From Podarcis erhardii (taxonomy: Eukaryota), in NCBI GenBank assembly GCA_964252035.1, contig OZ176215.1: DNA of 64,000 nt; one strand, written 5' to 3'. The notes under the pieces are model-generated. The model had not been told where the DNA came from and did no database searches. It saw only the letters and a program-made list of their open reading frames with translations. The translations under genes were made by a program, and so were the position numbers. Shown here in pieces: positions 49,001-60,863 of the stretch (position 1 is the first letter of the stretch; each line of letters starts with the position of its first letter).

Positions 49001-52000
49001 CCCTTGGGGTGTTGGTTGTCTCCAAGTGGGTTTAGGCATCTTCTGTTGCTCAAAGACAGGAATCTCAGTGATTGCACTGCCAGTATAGGATGGCAGAAAA
49101 TCTCCACTGCCAAGAAATCCAGTAGACCACTAAAAGCCTGTATAGAAGGATGTAGCATAATATTTCAAATGTGATGACTTTATTGCTTTGTTTGATAAGG
49201 GTGGAGCGTAGTAGAAAACCATGTCTGGATGCCTTTGAAAGCTAAATACGTATGTGTGCCAAAAAAAACCCTCTCTAGTTGGAGATTTCAAGAAAAGTTG
49301 TTATTCAGTGGAAGCAGCTCCATTGAGAGGTGGGTTGTAGGGGAGATCCCATTTCCTTAATTGCTGGAAGGTGACTTTAGTAGAATTCAGCATGAATCTC
49401 TAGATTTCTGGAAAGGCTGTGAAATTAGAGGTACTACAGGTGGAGCTCAGTCCCTCTGCTCTTGTATTCTTGCGCCTAATTCAATTCTAAAATAATCTTA
49501 GAAGCAGAATTCCACTCTATTACTCCTGTCGCAGAACACTGAATTGTAGAGTAAACAATATAAAAGTCCTGTTTTCATTTTGCTTTTTGCATTAGTGATT
49601 CAGCACATTTTGTGTGTGTACTCCTAAAGAATCACAGAAACACAGAATTATAGAGTTGGAAAGTATCCAAGGGTCATCTAGTCTAGCCCCCTGCTTTGCA
49701 GGAATTGCAGTCCTGGTCTTCCAGCTGCCACCCCGGGACAAGAGCTCTAGAACAGCCTGTTACATTGCCCCCCTAGCTCAGCCCCTTCAGCACCCACAGT
49801 GGGGGCGGGGGCAGAACTTCTCCTCACTCCACCTTTCTTTACAAGCTTGAACAGTTGCTCCTGTGCAAATGCTTATTTGATTTTCATGCAGAATACCATG
49901 ATCCCGCATTTAAATACCATAAAAGCCCTGAAGCTGAATCAGGCCAAATGCCCATCTAGTCCAGCATCCTTATAGTATCCAGCCAGATGCCCCAGTGGGA
50001 AGCCTGCAAGCAGGCACCATAAACTAATTTAGTTTCCAGCTCCTATTTCATACCAAAACACCTGTCGCTTAAATACCCAGTGCTTACGCACCACCCCCTG
50101 ACCCTGATCCTAGCACAGATATGATCTTTTCTGCCTCTTTTGTTCCAGAGCTGGCCTTGCAGCACAACCGCACCCGGGTCCTCTTTCAGAGCTTCTTGAT
50201 GTGGCGTCTGACTTGGGAACACAGACAGCAACTGCATGCCCACCAGGAGCACCTTGTTCAGCTGGCTGCAAGGGTCGCCTTGCGAAGAGTTTTCACACGA
50301 TGGAAGCAGTGTATCCATATTCTCCTCGTGGTCCTTTCCAGTGGTTTGGGGGGACATGAGTAGTAAGAGTTGAGGTGCTTGTGTAAAATGATACTTCTGG
50401 TGTTGTTGTTTTTTTAAATGACTCCTTTTGAACATGAGGAACGACTCTATATTTCAATAGGTTTGTTCCAGGGCTGCAGCACTGAAGCAAAGACTGGGGA
50501 AGGCCCTGCTGTTTGATTCTGTGAGCCCTCGTGGCTCAGAGTTGGACCACTATGTCACAGTCTTTAAGAAGACATGCGTGTAAAACCATGAAAGTATTCA
50601 GAGAAGTTGATCACCGGGTGCTTATTTTCTCTTTTGCCTAACAATCAGGAGTGGGCACACATTTGGAAAGTATATTTAAAGTAAAGGGAAGAATGTTATG
50701 ATAACGCAGATTAACTTGGTGGAATTCACAGACGCAGGATGTAGATTCTTCCCCATAACTTTTATCCAGGTCAGTAATAAACTATTGAGAGGTTGATCTA
50801 TTCTAGCTGGTTAAGCAAACGTTTTTCCTTAACTTGAATAACAGATGTGACGTTGTGTGCCCAAAAAGCTAAGCACTATGAACGTGCTGAGCGCCACTAC
50901 AGATGTCACCTGCTGGTAAGAGGTTTGCCATATCTCTGGTGGCCTCTCTGGAATGACCTCTGACCAGGAAAAGTTGGTTCCTCCATGATGATTCTCCCAT
51001 GGGGCCACTTTCCACAGTGGCAGGCAAGCACTGTGTGTATTCAAGCAGCTGGAGGCCACAGCCAATCTCAGCTCCCTGCAGCATAATTTTAGGAAGGATG
51101 GGGCTGGAAATGAACAAACTGCAACAGGTTTGGCCCTCCATTTGTTGCTGAACTGCAACTGCAATCATCCCTGGTCATTGGCCATGATTGCTGTGGCTGA
51201 TGAGAGTTGAAGTTCAGCAATGTCTGGAGGCCCAAGGTTTCCCACCCCTACACTACAGCTCCATGGCCAATGCTCTTGTACTGTTCCTCTCTATGTGGCT
51301 TCTGTAGGAGAATATCCTGGTGGTTTACGCTTAGACAGTATCCCACTTTATACCAAAATCTGTTGTCAGAGGCTGCCAGTTCCCCATATCTCTTCTGTAT
51401 GAAGCCGATCTTTATAAATCGTAAATAAGATGGGCTGTTGAAGACACACCTTTGCCTTTGTAGTAGGAGTGGATTCTCCAGCGTGCTTCCTGCTCTTTTG
51501 CTTTTCACAGCACTGTGGGCTGAGTGCCTTGCGGAAGAATGTTACGGAAGCTTCTGTCAAGCAAATGAGGATAAACTTGGCTCATCAGCAGCACCAAGTC
51601 ATGGTGAGTTTGACCATGTTCCCTGCTTCATTTACACTAAACCAGAACCTTTAATGTGCCTTCTGGGTCACATTGGCAAGAAAACTACCATCTTGTGTTC
51701 CTGAGTTGTTCCCGTGGTAGAAGCAGTGTAGCAAGCTACAGAAAACTCTGTGTGTGTTTGTGTGTAAAGTTAGGAACAGTTACTTACATATGGACCACTG
51801 CATGGCAACATAATGAAAGGATCTTCTTTGTGTACCTGTGCAGGCCAACAGGAGTACCCTGACTCTGACTGGGCTGGACCCAGAAATTATGGTGATGTTA
51901 GGGATAGGGAAGTAAAAGTTAGCGATATGGAAGTTACCGTAATGTGTCAGAGCAACCAATCTTCCAGGTAGCAAAAAGTTAGATATCATGTGTCGACCAT

Positions 52001-55000
52001 AAATAGGTTGACCTACATGTGTGCTGTTGTCCAAATAAACTGTGGCCTGTCTATTTATATACAGCATTCGGATGTATATTTAAATCCAATTTATTGGTAT
52101 TTATATAATAGTTGTATCTTACTTTTTTTGAACTTATATGATCACATGTTATGACATTTACCTACAATAATAATAAAGAGGAAGAAAAAGGATTGTCTGT
52201 CGCTTTTATCATTTGGCATTGAAAGCAAACATCCCTTTGCTGCTCTGTTGATGTTTTTATTTCAAAAAGACCCTCTCGGTTGGCCTATCTGTGTTTAAGA
52301 GAACCAGGCTTTAGGGTGCTTCACACTCTGTCTCTTCCAATTTTCTTTTAGCTCTTGCTCAGGTTCTGGAATGGATGGAAGTCTCGTTTGGAACAGAAGG
52401 AGGAAGAGCAATACCGTTCCTTGACACTGTCAGCTCATTCTCACTACAGGTGAGGAACCAACTATATTGAGGCAGCAACAGAGCTAAAACCTGGTAGCTC
52501 AATTCTTTTTGAAGTCTGGAATGCTCCCATATCTTAAACCTTCTAGGCCCCAAGTTGGTTTCCTCCAGAGGTATCGAACAACAACACATATCAACCCCAG
52601 CATCCTGCAGCCATGCTGGCCAGGGCTGATGGGAATTGTTGTCCAAAACAGCTGGCGGGCCCCAGGTTGGGAGAAGGCTGTTCCAGGCCCATGATATTAG
52701 GAATGAGCTCAATCTGCCCATTCTTTCTTTGTTTCCTTTTAATCTTACATCTATTACTATTACATCTTTCCATCTCAAAACTCACAGTAATCTTGTCTGA
52801 GCTCCTGGGAACCCCCCTGTCACTAGCTGGACATAGCCTTGCCTAGCTTTTGAAACAGGATAGTAATAATAATAATTATTATTGTTACTACTGTTATTCA
52901 TATGCAGTGGTACCTCGGGTTAAGTATTAAATTCGTTCCGGAGGTCCGTTCTTAACCTGAAACTGTTCTTAACCTGAAGCACCAATTTAGCTAATGGGGC
53001 CTCCTGCTGCCACTATGCTGCCGGAGCACGATTTCTGTTCTCAACCTGAAGCAAAGTTCTTAACCCAAGGTACTATTTCTGGGTTAGCGGAGTCTGTAAC
53101 CTGAGGCGTCTGTAACCTGAAGCGTATGTAACCCGAGGTGCCACTGTACCACTTAATCAGTTTCTAAGCAGCAGATCAAGTGTTACTCTCTGGGTCATGG
53201 GAACAGGGCAGGGAAGGGGTACCCAATGTTGGTTCCCTTTGGCAGAATTTTACTACTTCATAATTGCTCGTGTTGGCATAGGTGGCTTTGTCACTTGTTG
53301 ATGGTGACAAGAGGTGCAGTTGACAGTGGCAGAACTGCTTGTAATGATACAAAGAGCAAGTCACTGATGGCCTTACTCCATCTGCTTTCTATTGTGCTTT
53401 TGCTGGCTGAAGTCCACATGCACAAATGAATCCAGACTGTTGCATCCTCATTGCCCCCAAACCATGGAGACCTCTACTGGGTAGCATGAGTGGCAGGTTA
53501 ATCCTGTGCTTTTTCTGTTAGCACTCATTCTGTGTCTGTAGGGAGCTGTCCTTGGTCCTGAGCTGAAGGGAACGGTCCACTACGTTAGAGGCAACTGTTG
53601 ACAGAACTGCATACTTTACATTTCAGGACTGTGCTGCTGCACAGGTGTCTCAGGACCTGGTCATGCCATGCCAACTGGAAAAGGTACAGGAAGGTAAGGG
53701 GGCATGGTCATCTTCAGACTATTCAGGCTCTGAATTTTCCAAGTGGGATCTACTTTTAAGTGATACCCTTTCCCTTCTCCATATTTATCCTTTTCTCATT
53801 GTGTATTAATCCTACTCTTTAATTGTCTCTCTCCATCCTTCTCATCTTTCTTCCTTCCTTTTCCTTCCTTCCTTCCTTTCTTTCTTTCAAAAGAACACAT
53901 GGTATGTGATGCTGGCCTACATGGTTGTGTATCACCAGTCAAAGACTGATGTCTTATAGGGCCGCCTTCCCCAGCCAGACTCCCAGCTTGCATCAGCCCC
54001 AGCCACCATGAACATTGGACAGAGGTGATGGGAACTGCAGCCTAGCAATAGAAAGGTCGCTAGGGCAAAATTAAGTTCTGCTTCATGCAGTTCTATTGTG
54101 GTGTGGGCTCTTTCTTCAACACCCTGCTAAACTCTCTCTGCTTACTAGTAGGCCCTCCAAGCCAGCATTTTTCAACCTTAGGCACCCAGATGATTCTGGA
54201 CTACAACTCCCATCACCTGTAGCCATTGGCTAAGCTGGCTGGGGATGATGGGAGTTGTAGTCCAACTGCTTCTGGGAAGCCAAGGTTGAAGAACACTGCT
54301 CTATAAAGGTAGAGAGTTGTTCCTTACTTTAAATGGAGCAGAGCCAAGTAAGTGAAGGCTGCTCTATGGGTAGCTGCTTGCCACTCTAGTCGCTTTGTAT
54401 CGCATGTGTGTACATGTGTCTTTGAGAAAGCTTAAGCCTTCCTGGTTTCTCAGAGTGAGGCTTTTGCTGCTTTTGCTTTTGCCATATGTCTTCAGCTGCA
54501 ATATGCCAGAGCCAATAGGCACTACGAGGGTGTGATCTTGCCTGCCACTTTTGAGGCCTGGAAGCGATTCAGGGATCATCAGTGCTGGTGGAGAAAGATG
54601 AAGGGGATGGCTGTGTGTTTCCACAGGTAGGATGGAGGGTCAATAAAAAGAGAATGTTGGGGAACAGCTCTTGGCATGCATTGAGTGCCTGGTGAAAATC
54701 TAGTGCTCTTCTCCCTGCTTTCCAGAGAAACTTGCACAAGGCGATGGTTTGAAAGGTGGCGGCTGAGAAAACATGAGCACCAAGAGAACCACATGGCAGA
54801 GGAAATGGTAAATCTAGATTTTTACGTTTCAGGATAGTAGACAATTTCTACACTGCTGTTCTTGAATATACAATATCAGGGGTTTCAGACAGGAGGCAGT
54901 GTTGGTGGATGCTTACCTTGTTACATTCTGAAATGTCCTTGCTTGCTGTACCTGCTTAATGTACCTGAGATGCCTGTGCCAAGTCGTAAATCTTGAAACA

Positions 55001-58000
55001 CACATGTCTCCCTGTGCCTCACCCTTTAGGGGACTTTTGCTTACTTGGAGGCACTTGCCCTGGCCTTCAGACACATTGCTCTCTTCTCCTTGTGCACCAG
55101 AGAGGAATCCTATAATTCCAAACATGCTCTGGGTCCTAAAGTGATGATTAGGCCACTTGGAAAGAGGAAGTAGAAGGAAGCAGGGTATTTTTTGCACCCA
55201 CAGCTGCCTCTGATGGTGCCTGTGCTGCCATTCATTCCAGCTCTCCTTCCTGGCTCCCCTTCTCATATTTGAATGACAGTGTTGATGTATGAGATTTATT
55301 TGGATTCCTGAGCTCAACTGGGTGGCCGTCTTCTTTTTAAAAGACTGTTTGGGTTATCAGGGACAGGTTGCTGGCAAAAAATTTATCCTACCTTTGCAGG
55401 AAGCCTGGCACATCCTGAGCTGGCTTCAAAATCCCTCCTCTCCCTATGTAGGCTGTTCTGCACTCTGAGCGACGGCTGCTGTCGCAGTCCTGGTGCTTCT
55501 GGCGCAGGAGAACTGTGGTTCAGCTGGAAGAGCGTGAGGGACTGTCCTTGGCCAAAGAGCATCACAGCCATCAAATCCTGCAGACTGCTTTCTGTCTTTG
55601 GAAGGAGAACATTCAGGAAATAAAGGAAGGGTAAGGTAACAGACGGCGTTTCCGTGTGCTGCGCTGGTGCTGGCAAGCCAGAGCAGCTTCGTCACGCTGG
55701 CCACGTGACCCAGAAGTGTCTCCGGACAGCGCTGGCCCCCGGCCTCTTAAGTGAGATGGGCGCACAACCCTAGAGTCAGACACGACTGGCCCGTACTGGC
55801 AGGGGTACCTTTACCTTTTTACTTTAAGGTAACAGAGAAGAATCAATAATAGCATAAGATAAGCCTGGCTGTTGGTGCTGGGATATTTCCGTTCCACCTT
55901 AAAAAGGGAACAGGCTCTTGTGTGTCACATGCCTGTTTACTTCCTGCTCACTGGGAGTTTCCGTTTTGTATATAGATTTTGTTCATGCTGTTTTCCTGGA
56001 TACAGAGGCAAGCAGTCATGTTTTTCCTTTGTTCTGATCTACGTTGAATAAAGCTGTAAATATGCTCTCCTGTCTGAATCTTCCGTTGTGGAGACTGCTA
56101 AAAGGGTGTGCATGAGTTTTGGAATGTCTCTGAGGCTCGTGTCGCTAATTGACTGATGCTGTTTCCATGGGAGACAGGTGATCGTCCGGACTGGGAGGCC
56201 TGTCTGATGGCTCCGTCTCCCTGGCAGTATCCCAACAGCTGGATCAGTAGCTCATCTTGCCCAGCATCCTGTTCTTTCAATGGCCAGAAATGTGTCCTAG
56301 TGGGAAGCCCACAAGCAGGGCCCAAGTGCAACAGAAACTTTCCCCATCTGTCATTCCCAGCACCTGGTAATCAGAAGCATCCTGCCTCCAACAGTAGAGG
56401 TAAAAGCACAGCCATCAGGGTTAGTAGCCACTGATATCGCAGGTCCTGCAGCTATAACTGCTTTAGGCTGACTTTACCTGACTGGCAGTGGCCATGTTCC
56501 TGCAAAAAAGGCCTACAGCCTTGTTCCCTCAGCCTGCAGTCTGCTTCAAGCCCACCAAACCTTTGCAACCTGAATTCCTGCCGCTTCCCCTTACCTTGCT
56601 GTTGCCTTTATGGAAGGGAAGAGAAGCAGCAGACTGGAAAGCAAACCTGATCCAGATCTACTTGTAGGGCTCAGTCCCCATATGACCTGCTTGAGACTCT
56701 TGTTGTTCCAGAAGCTTACTTGCTAGTTCCTCTGCGGCTCCCTCCTTTGGCCCTGTCTTGGACAAGGCAAACAGGCAATTCCCAAGCAGATATCCTTCAG
56801 GCCTAGTAGTTCAGGAATAGTGCTACAGTGGTACCTCGGTTTTCAAGCGTCTCGGAAGCCGAATGTTTTCATTTTTGAAAGCCAAAAACCCAGAAGTAAT
56901 TGCTTCCGTTTTCGAACATGCCTCGGAAGTTGAACGGCTTCTGCTGTGTGTTTTCCCATTTTTCCAATTGAACTTGCAGCCAGCCCTTTGCACCTCAGTT
57001 TGTTAACATTTTAGAAGTCGAACAGTCTTCCAGAATGGATTACGTTCGAGAACCGAGGTACCACTGAAGCAGTATTACCATTTATAACACTGTTTTGGGA
57101 ATGTAAGTACTTTACGTGAGATAAAATGGCAGCCTCTGCTTTGAGGCTCACCACTTAAGACAGTAGCACAAAAGGCCCACGTCTGTCCTGAAGCTTGAGA
57201 GAGGGTCTGCTGTGCTTCCCTTTAGGAGGACGAAAGAGGCCAGAGCTTCAAGGTTCCACTCTGTCAAGCTCCTTCGATGGTCTTGGAGCAAGTGGCGACA
57301 GGTGAGAGATATACCTGATGGATTTCACATTGGTCCACTACCTGTTGTGACTCACATTCCTAGCCTTGTAGGAAGGAGTGTGTGTGTGTGTGTGTGTGTG
57401 GTATGGTGTGTTCTGCGTACCTTGAAATTCTGCCCCCAATAAGCCAACATTTTGTTATGAAATGAAGTAACATAAATTGGGTAGATCTGCATCTGTCCGC
57501 TGGTGTGGCATAACTCTGCCGCATGTTCTCAAATAAGTTTGAAAATGTTGGTAAGGCTAAAAGGAACGAAAGGAGGGAAGAGCACAGAGATGAGGGAGAG
57601 ACAGGGAGGCTGTGGAATAGCTAGCGGGGAAGGTGGAGGAGACAATTGTCAGCCTCTCCTCCAAATGCTGACAAACTCTACCTTGCTGACACTTTGGCTT
57701 TGAAGAGTGCTAGAAGGGTTGTCTTTAAAACAACAACATTGTGAAATCCAAGATTCCCGGGGTACCAAATCCTGTGACCGCTGTTAGATTCCAAAAGTGA
57801 ATAACTTGAGACCATGAGATAATTACAGCAATTGAAGGCAGAGTGTAAATTGTTGCTGTTGATTTAAATAAAATGGTTTGACTGTTGTTGCAGCCATTCA
57901 CTGTAGGAGGCAGGAGAAAGATGATTCTCACAAGGAAGTAGGAGGTGTCTCCTAGTCCAACCTTTAGCTGTTGCTTTTTTTCTGAAAGGAACATGTTTCC

Positions 58001-60828
58001 AAGTGCCATGGGAGGCTCATCTGGAGGGTAGCAGTTTGGAAAAGGCTGATCTAACTCATCTGAACAGGTCTAACACTCTGCTTGGTTGCTATCCCACCCT
58101 GCCGAGGAAGCTGCACTTTCCTTTCTTCACTTTTCCCCACACAGTGACGTTTCTCTCCCCTTTTCCCTTGCAGTACTTGAGGCACCGCTCTGAGAAGTGG
58201 ACAAAGCTGGTGAGAGCTGATGTGCACCACCAGCAGGCTGTGCTGCGCAGGGCCTTGTCATCCTGGAAGGTATGGCTGAGCTCTTACTTGTGACGCCCCA
58301 GGTGGCTTGGCTGGGCTCAAGGACAGCAGCCCCAAAGAACCACCAAGTTTGGCTGAGCTGGGATGGAATCCACTGTTGCCTTTGCCTATTGATGTGGGAT
58401 ACCTTTCCTTTTTGTGTCATATTGGTGGCATGTGTAGAGGGCTTTGCAATGCTTGTCATGAGGTAGGGGCTCTGCACTGCAAGGACAAATTATGGGAGTA
58501 CTCAGAAAATGTGTTAGCCCTTTACATCAGGAATGCTTTCCTTCCTTAGAGAGAGGGGGGGGGGACTGAGCTGTGAAGAGGAGCAGCTTGCCAGTGAAGC
58601 TGCCTTGTGGTCCACATCAGCCAGAATCCTCAGCAAAGAGGGTATCAGACAATGTGGCACTTTGGCTCTCTGCCTTGGGGGGAGGGGGGGAGCCAAGAGA
58701 AGCAGAAATGTCCTGTTGCTTCCAAGCAAACACACCTTAGCATTTCCTTAAAGGGGAACCTGGACTGACAGTAAATACCTCTGATTGGGGCACCTGTGGG
58801 CTACACAGCTCTAACCTCTGCTTTGGTAAAATCTGAAAATTAGGAACAATATTTCACATTTTTCTCTTGCAGGCTTACCAGAGTCACATCCAGCACATTC
58901 TGTCCCAAGTAGCCAAAAAGGAGGAGGAGCATAATCAGCGGCTGCTACGGTAAGCCTTCTTAAATCTGTGGTGATGCTCAACCTGGTCTGACAGTCCTGG
59001 AGGAACCCTGTCTCTCAGCCCTCTGCCTTTTTCCCATCCTGGGCTTCACAGAGGGAAAGGATTTGCTCTTGCTTAGAGCTTCCCCCCCATCTCTGTCGGC
59101 CCTCAGGCAAGCACTGTGCACCTGGAAGGAAAATGCTGCAGATTCCAAGCAAGAAGCTGAGAAGGCTGCTCTGGCAGAAGAGCATCACCGAAGAGCGTTT
59201 CTCTCAAAGGTAACTCCCATCAGGAAGGAAAGCTAAACTCCCAGTACAGGTCCCTTGTCCCTGGGCTGGTTGGGGTGTCTCAGGCATGACATGATGCCCT
59301 TGAGCCTCCAGTTGAGGAAGTAAAAGATGACACAGTATTAGGAGTCCTTAATGCTGCTGCCCCTGTTTTCTCTGCCTAGGTTGTGCTCAGATGGAGGGAT
59401 GCAGCCTCCTTGTGTGCATACCATCGTCAGCAGGAGGCAGCAGCTGTGACGGAGGCCAGAAAGCATTTGCAGGCAGGTGAGTGACAATTTGCAGTGTGGC
59501 TTGCTTGAATGTGGCACATGATCCCAATACTAGCCTTCTGCCTCCTCCTGCATTGGGTCACTGGGTCACTCTTTGTATGGCAGCCATATACCCCCTCCCT
59601 CGTGTAGCAGAGGAGGAGGAAGGCCTGTGATGGGTGATTCTTCCCATGTGTCAGGGGATGCAGGATGCATAGCAGCTTCAAAGCCATCCACCAGGGAAGG
59701 GCAGAGGGGAGTGTGTGCATGGGTGTGTTGTACAGCTCTGGATTGTTGGAGATATAGATATAGATATAGAAGATGGTTGTAAATCGCCTGAAAAAATTTA
59801 AGTGAAGGTTAATCTAAAAACCATCTATGTAAAATTTAAGTCCACAAAGCTTTTATGTACATGGGTTCCAATACAGAATTGCGCCGTTCTCCAGGTTTCC
59901 AACCTCAGTGTTACTTGTGCTGTTTATTAGTGAGCTGCCTTCCTCCAACCTGGTACCTTCTGGATATTTTAGTGCTGGAACTTCCATCACTCCCAGCACT
60001 ATATGCCCAATGCTGGCTGGAGTAGATGGGAGAGTTGTGGGGCAAAATATCTTGGAGAGCACCAGGTTAGGGAAGGCTGCTCTGAGAAATAAGATGGGAG
60101 GAGGGCTGGGCTTCTTCTCGCTCATTATTTTTTATCTTCCTGCTTGGACAGTGAGGCTGCAGGCAATGTTTCTTCGCTGGAAGGAGTCCTACATTCAGTC
60201 CTCTAAGCAGAGAGGGCAGTTTGCCTTGGCAGCTCAGCACCATGGGAGGCAGCTGCTTAGCAAGTGCATGGCCAGGTGGAAGCAGTATCACCTCCAGTGC
60301 ATAAGGAAGATGGTGAGGAAATTTGCAGATTTCCGTTTCCAGAGGGCGGGAAGCAGTAAACCAGATAATGATAATTTTCATAGGAAAGGGCCAGGCTCTG
60401 TGCCTCAGAGTGGCAACCCTTGTGCCTCTTTCCTCCTGCAGCTCCTGCAGAGACAAGGAGATCAGCTGATGGCCCGGAGGCTTTCGTCTACCTGCTTCTC
60501 AACCTGGAAGACACAGGTGAGGTCAGACACATCCCTTTCCCCTTCCAGCCTCTGACTGCAGTGGGTCCATCTGAAGCTTGGGATGGAACAGCGAGGCTGC
60601 TGGCTAGTGTCCGTCATGTGGCATTATGGGAAACCATATTGTGGGAAGGAGGAAAAAAGGAGTTCAACTAAAGCTTCTCCCCTAACCCTTGCCCTAGGTG
60701 CAGAGGAGATGAAAGGGGACAAAGGAGAATAATTTTTCAGTTAATGCTGAAAATGCAAAAGAACTTCATAGCTTGTATCTATGCTGGGGTTGGGATTTCC
60801 CCCTCCCTCCTTAACCTGGCCCACATGG

Positions 60829-60863
<35 letters not shown>

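Noticed and set aside
59908-60555. 215-aa plus-strand ORF
   Set aside because: It is in-frame read-through of a MITE, two SFI1 exons and the 129-nt intron between them, not a separate gene.
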